The translations under genes were made by a program, and so were the position numbers. Of a stretch of DNA of 64,000 nt, positions 36,828-46,574 are shown in pieces (the first letter of the stretch is position 1; every line of letters starts with the position of its first letter). The notes beneath the pieces are model-generated. The model made no database searches. It was not told the origin of the DNA and saw only the letters and a list, made by a program, of their open reading frames with translations. This DNA comes from a virus: positions 4,936-68,935 of the IMG/VR virus record IMGVR_UViG_3300033141_003184; one strand, given 5' to 3'.

Positions 36828-37690
36828 GAGATGGTGATTCTATAGATGGAAAAAGGATAGTATATAAAGTTGGAGATGATGAAAATCCAAGAGAAGTATA
36901 CGCATCAACGTACCAAATGAGGAACTTTTACGCTCAGTTTGCGGATGGTTTCTTTTCCTCATTGGACGTGATGAATTACATACAGCATCATGCAGCGGTT
37001 CTTAAAATGAAGAAAGGATGGCGGGTATTGGATGTTTGTTGTGGTAGGGGATTACTTCTACCAATGATAAGGTATTACCGTCCAGATATTGCTGAGTACA
37101 TTGGAATTGACTTATCAGAAAGAAATATTTCCGAGCAACTGCGACGATCCGGGATCAAGAAAATCGAGGATGTTCGCAAGTACTATCCATTCAAACTCAC
37201 TCATATCATAGATAGCGTGGAGTTTATGGATAAGTACATTAAATCAAACTCAGTGGATTTTATTGTTTACACATCCTCAATTGAACATATGCAGAAAGAT
37301 GTTGGGTATAAGTCTCTTCAGCATTGTTTTTCTGTATTGAAATCTGAGCATCAAATGTTCTTCTCTTGTCCAAATACTATTGACAAAGAAGATCCGTATG
37401 ATACTCAGTATGCTGCTCATGTGTATGAGTGGAATATCCACGAGCTTCGGAAAGCTTTGGAGGAAATCGGATTCGAGATTAAAGAGGAATATGGGTTAGT
37501 AGCTAAAGTAAAGAAGTTTGAGAGATGGTTAGAAGCGAGGGACGATCATGTATTAACTGAACAATATAAACAACTCAAAAAGTACCTTCCTACCGCTTGG
37601 TTAATGCCTTACATCTCTCTTCTTTACCCAGAAGCTGCTGATGAAGTGTTAATGATAGTGGAAAAACCATCAATCTATAAATTACTTTAA
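36824..37690 (+). CDS. Class I SAM-dependent methyltransferase
   Basis: VLDVCCGRG motif I, YIGIDLS, SSIEHM, SCPNT..HVYEW. Confidence 0.85.
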   Translation: MRDGDSIDGKRIVYKVGDDENPREVYASTYQMRNFYAQFADGFFSSLDVMNYIQHHAAVLKMKKGWRVLDVCCGRGLLLPMIRYYRPDIAEYIGIDLSERNISEQLRRSGIKKIEDVRKYYPFKLTHIIDSVEFMDKYIKSNSVDFIVYTSSIEHMQKDVGYKSLQHCFSVLKSEHQMFFSCPNTIDKEDPYDTQYAAHVYEWNIHELRKALEEIGFEIKEEYGLVAKVKKFERWLEARDDHVLTEQYKQLKKYLPTAWLMPYISLLYPEAADEVLMIVEKPSIYKLL

Positions 37691-37691
37691 T

Positions 37692-38261
37692 ATGAAAAGA
37701 TCAGATGAACAAAAAAAGATTGCTGAAAAGCTTGTAAGAGATCAACTTACAATGATTGGAGAGAATCCAGATAGGGAGGGATTACAGAAAACCCCCTACC
37801 GAATTGTAAAAATGTGGGATGAGATATTCTCTGGTTACGATAAGAAACCGGAGGATGTCCTTACTGTGTTTGATGCCGATGGGTATGATCAGATTATTCT
37901 CTTGAAAGATATTGAACTATATAGTATGTGCGAACACCATATGTTGCCTTTTTATGGTAGAGCTCATGTTGCTTATGTTCCATGGAGGAAAATTGTTGGT
38001 ATTTCTAAACTTGCTCGTTTGGTTGATATCTATGCCAAACGCCTTCAAATACAGGAACGAATAGGAGAACAGGTTACTGATGCTTTGATGAGATTGCTCG
38101 ATCCGAAGGGAGCAGCTTGTATTATTGAAGCTACCCATATGTGCATGCGCATGCGAGGAGTAGAGAAACAAAATTCCGTGATGGTTACTTCTTCCCTTGG
38201 TGGAGTGTTTCTCACCAAACCAGAGGCTCGAGAAGAATTAATGCAGCTAATAAGAAGATGA
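37692..38261 (+). CDS. folE: GTP cyclohydrolase I
   Basis: REGLQKTP.R, SMCEHHMLPF.G, GISKLAR, RLQIQER, HMCMRMRG. Confidence 0.96.
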   Translation: MKRSDEQKKIAEKLVRDQLTMIGENPDREGLQKTPYRIVKMWDEIFSGYDKKPEDVLTVFDADGYDQIILLKDIELYSMCEHHMLPFYGRAHVAYVPWRKIVGISKLARLVDIYAKRLQIQERIGEQVTDALMRLLDPKGAACIIEATHMCMRMRGVEKQNSVMVTSSLGGVFLTKPEAREELMQLIRR

Positions 38262-39322
38262 ATATATACCTTGCTGGTACTCCGGGAATAAGAAGTAGAG
38301 AGAGATTATGGCAGAAGATTACAAAAAGGAGGTTGTTATCATTTGGTGATATTCTATTAAATACGTTTAATGTAAGATATGCTTTTGAATTAATTGAGAA
38401 TGGAATGGGAAAAAAGGTAGAGTTATTTTTGGATTCCGGAGCCTTCTCCGCTTGGTCCAGAGGAGTGAAAATAGATATAGAGGAGTACATTTCTTTTATC
38501 AAAAAACACTCCGATGTCATTTCCATTTATGCAAATCTTGATGTAATTGGAGGAGACTCGGGAGTTCCTGGAGAAGAAACTGCTCGGAGAACCCTTGAGA
38601 ATCAACGCATAATGGAGAAGGCTGGATTATCTCCACTTCCTGTGTTTCATTATGGAGAACCATATGAATATCTTGAGAAGTACGTGGAAGAGTATGATTA
38701 TATAGCTTTGGGGGTAGCAGGTAATTCCGGAGTAAAGTTAGTTCCGTGGTTAAATGAATGTTTTTCCAAGTATATTTGTGATGAGGATGGACTTCCGAAA
38801 GTAAAGGTTCATGGATTTGCTGTAACTTCCCTAAAGTTAATGATCATGTATCCTTGGTTTAGCGTAGATAGCACTTCATGGGTTATTACCAGCAGGATGG
38901 GTTCTATATTCGTTCCCAGATATAGAAATGGAAAGTGGATATATGATGAACAATCTTGGAAGATAGCGGTTTCTGCGAGAAGTCCAAAGAAGAAAGTGAG
39001 TGGAATGCATATCACTACTCTATCTCCAAAGCAAAGGAAGGTATTTCTTGATTATATTCATTCTAAGGGATTTAGGTTGGGTAAGAGCGATTTTGTTTAT
39101 GTAGATAAGGGTAGGATGTTGTCAGAAGGAGAACGTTGGGCAGAGCCGGCAAAAAGGGGAGAAAATAAGAGGTTAATGGAAGTAATAGTAGAGCCGGGAT
39201 TATGTAATGTATATCAGATGAGAGATCAGATAAATATTATGTATTTTTTGGATTTGGAAAAAAGTTTGCCAGAGTGGCCTTGGTCATTTAAGAGAAAGGA
39301 GGTAGTAAATGGATTCTTCTAA
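38258..39322 (+). CDS. dpdA: DpdA-like DNA guanine transglycosylase (TGT fold)
   Basis: FLDSGAFSAW, NLDVIG, PVFHYGE, YIALG, VHGFA, PWFSVDSTSW; ATG at 38258 overlaps the folE stop. Confidence 0.85.
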   Translation: MNIYLAGTPGIRSRERLWQKITKRRLLSFGDILLNTFNVRYAFELIENGMGKKVELFLDSGAFSAWSRGVKIDIEEYISFIKKHSDVISIYANLDVIGGDSGVPGEETARRTLENQRIMEKAGLSPLPVFHYGEPYEYLEKYVEEYDYIALGVAGNSGVKLVPWLNECFSKYICDEDGLPKVKVHGFAVTSLKLMIMYPWFSVDSTSWVITSRMGSIFVPRYRNGKWIYDEQSWKIAVSARSPKKKVSGMHITTLSPKQRKVFLDYIHSKGFRLGKSDFVYVDKGRMLSEGERWAEPAKRGENKRLMEVIVEPGLCNVYQMRDQINIMYFLDLEKSLPEWPWSFKRKEVVNGFF

Positions 39323-39902
39323 ATGGAAAGATGATTTTCAGAAAGGAAAGAAGGATAGGGAGCTTGTTACAAAAAACATGAATGAGTTTCTTATTGAGCA
39401 CGATCTTATGATAATGCCTCTTCATAAATATATAAAGACTATGCGTCCGGTTGAGAAGTTTCATAATAATACTTCCAAAAATAGATTGGAAGAGGTGGGA
39501 TTCGTAAAAGCTATGGGATTAGATCATGTGATTTGTGATTTGAATGATGGAGTGACTCAACCGGTGATGATAAGATTTTCTAATGATTTTGGGGTTTACA
39601 TCAAATTACCTACTGATTTTATTGATAAACCGAAACAGTTTTTGAATATCATTGAAGATTACTGGTTTATTTTTGTTCTGAGAAGGGATGGTATTGTAAA
39701 AGATGCTTACGCAAGTATTATAACTGTAAAGGAAATAGTTTCTAAATATGGTATTGACTGGGGAGTATATGATTCTAAAGGAAATAAGAATAGGTTGTTT
39801 ATTCATATGAATCCATCGCTGTTTGATTATCGTCCACCCCATGAAGAAGATATATTTGGAGATAGCTTTGTTAAACAGTTATTGAGAAGACTATCGAGAT
39901 GA
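39309..39902 (+). CDS. Hypothetical protein
   Basis: 197 aa; AAGGAGGT RBS; no motif recognised with confidence. Confidence 0.7.
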   Translation: MDSSKWKDDFQKGKKDRELVTKNMNEFLIEHDLMIMPLHKYIKTMRPVEKFHNNTSKNRLEEVGFVKAMGLDHVICDLNDGVTQPVMIRFSNDFGVYIKLPTDFIDKPKQFLNIIEDYWFIFVLRRDGIVKDAYASIITVKEIVSKYGIDWGVYDSKGNKNRLFIHMNPSLFDYRPPHEEDIFGDSFVKQLLRRLSR

Positions 39903-40078
39903 AAATTTATTTTGCTACATGGCTTTATGATAGAACACTTGGTAATAGTCTCACAAGAAAAAGAGCGAGTACCAGATTGATTAGTTATTACTTCATTAAA
40001 GATCAGGAAATAACAGATGATCAATTGTTGAAATATATAAAGACCGGACGATTGGATACAAGAAAGAATAGACAATGA
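39899..40078 (+). CDS. 59-aa protein resembling the DpdA N-terminal module
   Basis: MKIYFATW...RLISYYF; ATGA overlaps at both ends; below the ORF-track cutoff. Confidence 0.75.
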   Translation: MKIYFATWLYDRTLGNSLTRKRASTRLISYYFIKDQEITDDQLLKYIKTGRLDTRKNRQ

Positions 40079-40281
40079 AAATATATTTTGCGGCGGTTCA
40101 TCCTGTCGAACTGCTTAATTATGTAGAGAATGTACTATTGAGTTATTATGATGTGATTGATACAAGAGTTCCGTTTAGACGAGAAACCTTTAATTATATA
40201 GAGTATGAAAATAAAAACACAAGAACTGGTAGAAGCCCTGGAAATAGTAAAACCAGGGTTAGCAAGAAAAGAGGTAATTGA
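40075..40281 (+). CDS. Small protein resembling the DpdA N-terminal module
   Basis: MKIYFAA...VLLSYYD..PFRRETFNYIE. Confidence 0.7.
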   Translation: MKIYFAAVHPVELLNYVENVLLSYYDVIDTRVPFRRETFNYIEYENKNTRTGRSPGNSKTRVSKKRGN

Positions 40282-41215
40282 GCAAACCACCTCTTTTGCC
40301 TTCCTTAATGGAAAAATAGTTACATATAATGACGAGTTCAGTATTTCTCATCCTTTGGATGGAGTGGAATTTGAGGGGGCTATACTTGCTGAGAATCTTT
40401 ATCAACTGTTAAAAAAGATGAAGATGGAAGAAATAGAGGTCGATGTGGATAACAGTAATATTGTTTTTCAGGCAGGTAGGATTAAAGCTGGGTTGGTAAT
40501 GCAATCCGAGATAAAATTGCCATTAGAAGAGATCGAGAAACCAAAAGATTGGGTTTCCTTACCTAAGGATTTCTCCAAATTTATTGCTTTGTCGGTTACT
40601 TCATGTTCTAAGGATATGAGCAAACCGGTATTGACTGCTATTCATGTTAACAAGGAGGGATATATGGAAGCATCGGACTCTTATCGGATTACAAGGTGCC
40701 AGTTTGATGGAGAGCTGCAAGATATAGAAACATTTCTTCTTCCGGCAACGTCAGCTGTAGAAGTAATGAAGATAAATCCGACTGAGATTTCTCAGAGTGA
40801 GAGCTGGGTTCATTTTCGAAATGAGATAGGAACGATATTCTCATGCAGAATTTTAGAAGGTGATTATCCGAATGCTTCGAGAGTGCTTAATACAAGTGGA
40901 AGGAAGATAGTGTTTCCAAAGAGATTGAGAGAATCAATGGAAAGAGCGAATATATTTGCAAAAAGGGATCATATTTTAGAGGAGTCGGTAAGAATGGAAT
41001 TCAAAAAGAAGTCGCTTATTGTTTCTGCTGATTCCCCTAATGGATGGTACGAGGAGAGATTGAATATCAGATATGATGGTGATGAGTTCACTATAATTAT
41101 ATCTCCATTTTTGTTAAAGGGTATTTTGGAGGAAATTAATGAATGTGAAGTATCGGATAGATTTATTAAGTTTGAAGGGGAAAATTGGATTTATGTAGCA
41201 GCTTTGATGATATGA
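40205..41215 (+). CDS. DNA polymerase sliding clamp (beta/DnaN-like)
   Basis: 336 aa; DMSKPVLTAIH, ASDSYRI, CRILEGDYPN. Confidence 0.85.
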   Translation: MKIKTQELVEALEIVKPGLARKEVIEQTTSFAFLNGKIVTYNDEFSISHPLDGVEFEGAILAENLYQLLKKMKMEEIEVDVDNSNIVFQAGRIKAGLVMQSEIKLPLEEIEKPKDWVSLPKDFSKFIALSVTSCSKDMSKPVLTAIHVNKEGYMEASDSYRITRCQFDGELQDIETFLLPATSAVEVMKINPTEISQSESWVHFRNEIGTIFSCRILEGDYPNASRVLNTSGRKIVFPKRLRESMERANIFAKRDHILEESVRMEFKKKSLIVSADSPNGWYEERLNIRYDGDEFTIIISPFLLKGILEEINECEVSDRFIKFEGENWIYVAALMI

Positions 41216-42441
41216 ATTTGGAAGGATTTTTTTCTAAAGAGGAAATAAAGACTGATCGTTTCTATGGGAAAACGTTAACCTGTGCCTCTTGTGGGCTATA
41301 TAAAACATGCAGGTCTCCAAAGATGAAACCTTACGGTAATTTTAGGAAGGGAATTTTGAATGTGGGTGAAAGTCCTGGAATTGAAGAAGATAAGACTGGT
41401 AAACCATGGCAGGGAAAAACAGGAAAACTCCTTCAGAGGGTGTATAGGAAATTTGGGATTGATTTGTTCGATGATTGCCTCAATATAAATGCTGTAAGTT
41501 GCAGAGCCGTTGATAAGAATGGGAATAATAGGACTCCGACTAATCACGAAATTGATTGTTGTAGAAAGAGGGTTCTATCGACAATACGAAAGTATGATCC
41601 CAAAGTAGTCGTATTACTTGGTGGATCGGCTTTGTATTCTGTCGTGGGATACAGATGGAGGGGATCACTCGGTGGAATAAATAAATGGAGAGGATTTCAT
41701 ATACCTGATGAGGAGTTTGGAGCATGGGTTTGTCCAGTATTCCATCCGAGCTATGTTGAACGATCGGAAAAGCATGTGACTACAATATGGGAGAATGATT
41801 TACAAAATATGATCGGATTGTTGGATGTTGCCTTGCCAAGACAAAAGAAACCAGAGATAGAGTTTATTGAGGACTTGTCAGTATTAAAAGAAATAAAGTC
41901 TGATAGAATTGCTTTTGATTATGAGACTACAGGAAAGAAACCGCAAGCTGTGGGTCATCGGATAGTTTGCGTTTCTGTAGCCGATACTCCAGATCACGCT
42001 TTCGTATTTATGATGCCTAAATCAAAAAAAGAGAGACAACCATTTATTGATTTACTAATTAATCCGGATATAAAGAAGATGGCTCATAACATGAAATTTG
42101 AGGATACCTGGACAACGGAAAAGTTAAGAGTAAGAGTAAAAGGTTGGGACTGGGATTCAATGATAGCAGCTCATATAGTTGACAATCGTTCGGGCATTAC
42201 CGGATTAAAATTCCAAACTTATATTAACATTGGAATATCGGGATATGATGAGGAAATATCTCCATACTTATCAGCTGATGGAGAACGTGGAGCAAACAGC
42301 ATGAATAGGGTAATGGAATTGACAAAAACCCAGAGTGGTCGTGAGAAATTGATGACTTACTGTGCTCTTGATAGTATATATGAATATAGACTTGCTATGA
42401 TTCAACAACGTCTAATAAGAATAGATCATTTACCATTTTAA
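41212..42441 (+). CDS. Family-4 uracil-DNA glycosylase domain fused to a 3'-5' exonuclease (N-half of split PolA)
   Basis: CASC..C, VGESPG..ED..GKPWQG..G, NAVSC, HPSY; then AFDYETTG, AHNMKFE, YCALD. Confidence 0.9.
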   Translation: MNLEGFFSKEEIKTDRFYGKTLTCASCGLYKTCRSPKMKPYGNFRKGILNVGESPGIEEDKTGKPWQGKTGKLLQRVYRKFGIDLFDDCLNINAVSCRAVDKNGNNRTPTNHEIDCCRKRVLSTIRKYDPKVVVLLGGSALYSVVGYRWRGSLGGINKWRGFHIPDEEFGAWVCPVFHPSYVERSEKHVTTIWENDLQNMIGLLDVALPRQKKPEIEFIEDLSVLKEIKSDRIAFDYETTGKKPQAVGHRIVCVSVADTPDHAFVFMMPKSKKERQPFIDLLINPDIKKMAHNMKFEDTWTTEKLRVRVKGWDWDSMIAAHIVDNRSGITGLKFQTYINIGISGYDEEISPYLSADGERGANSMNRVMELTKTQSGREKLMTYCALDSIYEYRLAMIQQRLIRIDHLPF

Positions 42442-42452
42442 TTTTTACTGAT

Positions 42453-42665
42453 ATGGAAATAAAAAATTATAAGACGTCATTATCACCAGGCGATACTGTA
42501 TATCATAAGTCGAGACCTGGTAAAATCATTGTTGTTGTAAAGATAGAATTTAATGATGACTCTTCAGAAGAACAAGCATTCTGCAGGTGGATAGATGAAT
42601 ATGATAAAATCCACTCATCATGGTTCTCTCTATCCGAACTGGAGAAAAGTGAAATTCCCTTTTGA
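42453..42665 (+). CDS. YodC/DUF2158-like small protein
   Basis: PGDTVYHKS...CRWID...WF..SEL. Confidence 0.65.
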   Translation: MEIKNYKTSLSPGDTVYHKSRPGKIIVVVKIEFNDDSSEEQAFCRWIDEYDKIHSSWFSLSELEKSEIPF

Positions 42666-42667
42666 TT

Positions 42668-44071
42668 ATGAATATGAATATGAACCCGAGATCAGAGGAA
42701 ATATATCAATTATTCCATAATGGAATCCTTGCTTTAGCTCAAGCGGAAAGGAATGGATTCCGTATTGATATGGAATATATTCAAAGAAAGAAAAAGCAGC
42801 TTTCCAAAAGAATAGAAATATTGGAAAGAAAATTTATGAATTCTAAGTTTTATAGAGAGTGGAAGCATTCTAAGAAGGGAAAATCTCCAAACATATATTC
42901 TAATCACCAGCTGGCTCATTTTCTTTATGATATAAAGAAGATAAAACCGGTACTTACTACCGGATCTGGTCAGGGATCAACTAATGAGGAAGCATTAAAA
43001 CAATTAAATATTCCGGAACTGAATCTTTTATTGGAAATAAGGAAGTTGAGAAAGCTGAGAGATACCTATTTGGAGAATTTTTCAAGAGAACAGGTCAATG
43101 GTTATATTCATCCATTTTTTAATCTTCATTTGGTAAGAACCGGAAGATCATCATCGGATAGTCCAAACTTTCAAAATATTCCGAAAAGGGATAAAGAATC
43201 AATGAGAATTATAAGGAAGGCATTATATCCACGACCTGGTCACCAATTAATGGAAGTTGACTATGGACAGTTGGAAGTGAGAATATCAGTTACTTATCAC
43301 CATGATCCTACTTTAGAAAGGTATCTCACTGATCCGAGAGCTGACATGCATCGTGATATGGCTAAACAAATATTCTTTCTAAAGGAATTCAATCCAACCA
43401 TTCCGGGTCACACTCTATTAAGGCAAGCTGCAAAAAATGGATTCGTATTTCCACAATTTTACGGGGATTATTATATAAATTGCGCTTATAATCTTGCTTG
43501 TAATTGGGGGAAGTTACCAGTTGGAAGATGGAAACCGAAACAGGGTATTGAATTTGAAGATGGATTTCTTTCTGATCATCTCATAAGGCACGGAGTAAAA
43601 TCCTTAAAATCGTTTGAGGATCATATACAAGATATAGAGGATGATTTTTGGAACAAGAGATTTCCCGTATATAAGAAATGGAAAGAGAAATGGTGGAATC
43701 TTTATCAAAAGTATGGGTATATTGATCTTCATACTGGATTTAGATGTTCTGGAGTGATGGGTAAGAATGATATTTCCAACTATCCGGTTCAGGGAACTGC
43801 TTTCCATTGTCTCTTATGGTCGTTTATAGAATTGGACAAAGAATTAAGAAAAAAAGGATATGACACAAGACTTATCGGGCAAATACATGACTCCATTATA
43901 TTGGATGTGAACCCGACCGAGTTGGAGAGAGTATATCTCTTAACCCGGGAAATAACTACAGAAAGATTACCAAAGGCATGGAATTGGATTACCGTTCCAT
44001 TGGAAGTTGATTTTGAGTTGAGTGATGTAGATAAGAGTTGGGCTGATAAGAAAGAATTTTTGATCGGTTAA
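42668..44071 (+). CDS. polA: DNA polymerase family A, polymerase domain
   Basis: TGRSSSDSPNFQNIP, VDYGQLEVR (motif A), RQAAK..F...YG (motif B), NYPVQGTA, QIHDS (motif C). Confidence 0.93.
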   Translation: MNMNMNPRSEEIYQLFHNGILALAQAERNGFRIDMEYIQRKKKQLSKRIEILERKFMNSKFYREWKHSKKGKSPNIYSNHQLAHFLYDIKKIKPVLTTGSGQGSTNEEALKQLNIPELNLLLEIRKLRKLRDTYLENFSREQVNGYIHPFFNLHLVRTGRSSSDSPNFQNIPKRDKESMRIIRKALYPRPGHQLMEVDYGQLEVRISVTYHHDPTLERYLTDPRADMHRDMAKQIFFLKEFNPTIPGHTLLRQAAKNGFVFPQFYGDYYINCAYNLACNWGKLPVGRWKPKQGIEFEDGFLSDHLIRHGVKSLKSFEDHIQDIEDDFWNKRFPVYKKWKEKWWNLYQKYGYIDLHTGFRCSGVMGKNDISNYPVQGTAFHCLLWSFIELDKELRKKGYDTRLIGQIHDSIILDVNPTELERVYLLTREITTERLPKAWNWITVPLEVDFELSDVDKSWADKKEFLIG

Positions 44072-44140
44072 TAAAATATTTTCTGACGTACTATTGATGT
44101 AATTAAAATATTTTGGATATAATAATAATGGATTAATAAA

Positions 44141-44599
44141 ATGATATTTAATGTTATGAAGAAGTTTATATTTCTTTTTGTCTTTGTATTATTCGGATTA
44201 TCCGGTAATGCTCAATGGTACTGTTCTATGGGAGTTACTAATATTGATGATCTCTCCGAAGAACAGTTGAATCTGGCTTACTCAAAGGCTGAGAAAATGA
44301 TAAAGAATGGTCAATTAATGACTTTCGGAGGACTTATAGTCGGATTAACTGGTTGGTTGATATCCGACGATGCCGTTAAGAGTTGGGAACCAACTGTTGA
44401 TCCGGATGTAGGTAACGGATACGAACTCGGTCTATTTATGATAATAGCTGGATTTGGAACAGCTGGTGTCGGAGTTCCTTTATGGATAGTTGGGAACTCA
44501 CGAAAGACCGACATTGAGATTGCTCTTATAAAATATAAACAAATGGGGAGGTTTGATAAAGACAATAAACTTGGCGTAGGATTAACTGTTAAATTTTAG
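44141..44599 (+). CDS. Secreted/membrane protein
   Basis: Signal peptide MKKFIFLFVFVLFGLSGNA-Q, two hydrophobic helices, C-terminus GVGLTVKF. Confidence 0.7.
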   Translation: MIFNVMKKFIFLFVFVLFGLSGNAQWYCSMGVTNIDDLSEEQLNLAYSKAEKMIKNGQLMTFGGLIVGLTGWLISDDAVKSWEPTVDPDVGNGYELGLFMIIAGFGTAGVGVPLWIVGNSRKTDIEIALIKYKQMGRFDKDNKLGVGLTVKF

Positions 44600-44603
44600 T
44601 GTT

Positions 44604-44894
44604 ATGAAGAAGACAGCTAAACTTATTAAAGACAACTTACCTGATTTTATTGGACATGCTGCTCTGTATCAGGTTGATCCTCCAATGGAAGGCGTTGAAT
44701 TAAAAAGTAATTCCAAAAGAGAATTCAATTATGTAGTTGTATCTACTGCTCATACATTCGGGTTAGAAACTTACATATTTGGGGCTGATGAAACAGGGGA
44801 TGTTTTCAATTGGTTGGAATTGGATGGAAGCATGAAAGGAACCTCATCACATAAGAAAGTTTTGAAAAACGCTGGATATGAACTTATACGTTAA
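44604..44894 (+). CDS. Hypothetical protein
   Basis: AALYQVDPP...YVVVS..ETYIF.ADE.G...W.EL.GS motif familiar from phage proteins. Confidence 0.7.
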   Translation: MKKTAKLIKDNLPDFIGHAALYQVDPPMEGVELKSNSKREFNYVVVSTAHTFGLETYIFGADETGDVFNWLELDGSMKGTSSHKKVLKNAGYELIR

Positions 44895-45789
44895 ATACAG
44901 ACCAAAGTCATTAGACGGAATAGTGGGGAACAAGGAGGTAGTTTCTACTTTGGAAAATATGTTGAGTGATCCGGAGGATGCTCCACAATCATTTTTGTTG
45001 CATGGACCCACTGGTTGTGGGAAAACAACTATTGGTAGAATAATAGCAAAAAGACTCGGATGCAAAGGAAATGATCTTATTGAATTGGATACCGCGGACT
45101 TCCGTGGTATTGATACTATTAGAGAAGTTAGGAAACAATCAATGTATAAACCAGTTGATGGGAATACGAGAATGTGGATAATTGATGAGTGTCATCAATT
45201 AACAAAAGATGCTCAGAATGCTCTTCTAAAAATGTTGGAGGATACTCCAAAACACACTCACTTTGTTTTGTGTACCACTGAACCACAAAAACTACTTCCC
45301 ACAATAAAGGGGAGATGTAGTCAATTTCAATTAAAACCACTTTCTGATAATGAAATGTTTAGATTGTTACGAAAGGTTACTCACTTGGAGGGTGAGAGGT
45401 TGGAAAAGGAGGTTTATAACCAGATCATTACCGATAGTTTCGGGTATCCGCGAAACGCCATCCAAATTTTGGAACAGGTACTCAAAGCCAATCCTGAATC
45501 AAGAATTAAGATTGCCAAACAGGTGGCGGAGGAACAAAGCCAGAGTATAGCTTTATGTAGAGCTTTGGTATCGGGTAAGAGTTGGAAAGTAGTGAGAAGT
45601 ATTTTATCAGGATTAAAAGACCAGGACCCAGAGAGTATAAGAAGACATGTATTGGGGTATTCTCAATCAGTTCTATTAAACGGGGATAATGAAAAAGTGG
45701 GTAGAATAATGGAAGAATTTATCGATCCGTTTTATAATTCCGGATTCCCTGGTTTGGTATATGCTTGTTATGCTGTAACAAAAGTTTAG
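44878..45789 (+). CDS. Clamp loader (DNA pol III gamma/tau-like AAA+)
   Basis: KYRPKSL, GPTGCGKTT, IIDECHQL, QNALLK.LE, TIKGRC. Confidence 0.92.
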   Translation: MNLYVKYRPKSLDGIVGNKEVVSTLENMLSDPEDAPQSFLLHGPTGCGKTTIGRIIAKRLGCKGNDLIELDTADFRGIDTIREVRKQSMYKPVDGNTRMWIIDECHQLTKDAQNALLKMLEDTPKHTHFVLCTTEPQKLLPTIKGRCSQFQLKPLSDNEMFRLLRKVTHLEGERLEKEVYNQIITDSFGYPRNAIQILEQVLKANPESRIKIAKQVAEEQSQSIALCRALVSGKSWKVVRSILSGLKDQDPESIRRHVLGYSQSVLLNGDNEKVGRIMEEFIDPFYNSGFPGLVYACYAVTKV

Positions 45790-45793
45790 TATT

Positions 45794-46093
45794 ATGAAAG
45801 TAAAGTTGGTAGAATTTAAGCAAAAGGTACATGATGGGAATTTTCCCATTTGGATTGTTTTATTGAGAGTGGAGCAGTACTTAATTGGGAGACGAAATCC
45901 GCCTCCACTCTACTATGCTTCTTGGACATCTAAACTGGCATCCGTTGAGTTCAGTTTTATAGAGAGATCGGATCATTACTTTTCATCTGTTGCTAAAGCT
46001 CGGAAAAGTGGATTACAGTCTCTTACAAAAGCAAATGATAGATTCTGGAAATTATTGCAAACACCTATAAAATTTGTTAGACATGAATTATGA
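45794..46093 (+). CDS. Hypothetical protein
   Basis: 99-aa ORF in the operon. Confidence 0.55.
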   Translation: MKVKLVEFKQKVHDGNFPIWIVLLRVEQYLIGRRNPPPLYYASWTSKLASVEFSFIERSDHYFSSVAKARKSGLQSLTKANDRFWKLLQTPIKFVRHEL

Positions 46094-46574
46094 AGATGAC
46101 ATTAAAATTGATGAACTTGCTCTTGATATAGAGTGGCTTGATCAACCGCGTCTGATGTTAAAATATACCAAATATCAGGCGGAAACAAGAAAACAAATGG
46201 ACCTTGCCAAAGAGAGATTGGAACTTGTGAAGGCTGAATTAGATAAAAAAATTCGTAGCGATCCAGAGAGCTATGGAATACGAAAGGTAACAGAAACAGT
46301 AGTAACGAATACTATTGTATTGACTGATGATTATCAAAAGGCAGTGGATGATTACCTTAACGCAAAATTTGAGTATGACGTAGCTTCAGGGATAGTCAAA
46401 GCTTTTGAACAAAGAAAATCATCTTTGGAGAATCTCGTGCGATTATTCGGTCAGGAATATTTTGCTGGACCATCCGCTCCACGTGATATATCAAAGGAGT
46501 GGGAGATAAGGGAAAGACAAAAAAGAGCAAATAAAAAGATAAAAATAAGAAACACAAAAAAGGACGAAGAATGA
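46083..46574 (+). CDS. UvsY-like recombination mediator
   Basis: Helical; KVTETVV...AFEQRKSSLENL; upstream of SSB and RecA. Confidence 0.6.
   Translation: MNYEDDIKIDELALDIEWLDQPRLMLKYTKYQAETRKQMDLAKERLELVKAELDKKIRSDPESYGIRKVTETVVTNTIVLTDDYQKAVDDYLNAKFEYDVASGIVKAFEQRKSSLENLVRLFGQEYFAGPSAPRDISKEWEIRERQKRANKKIKIRNTKKDEE

Noticed and set aside
42441-42668. Group I/II intron or intein splitting polA
   Set aside because: The gap is only ~220 bp, is filled by a YodC-like ORF and shows no intron core or intein motifs.
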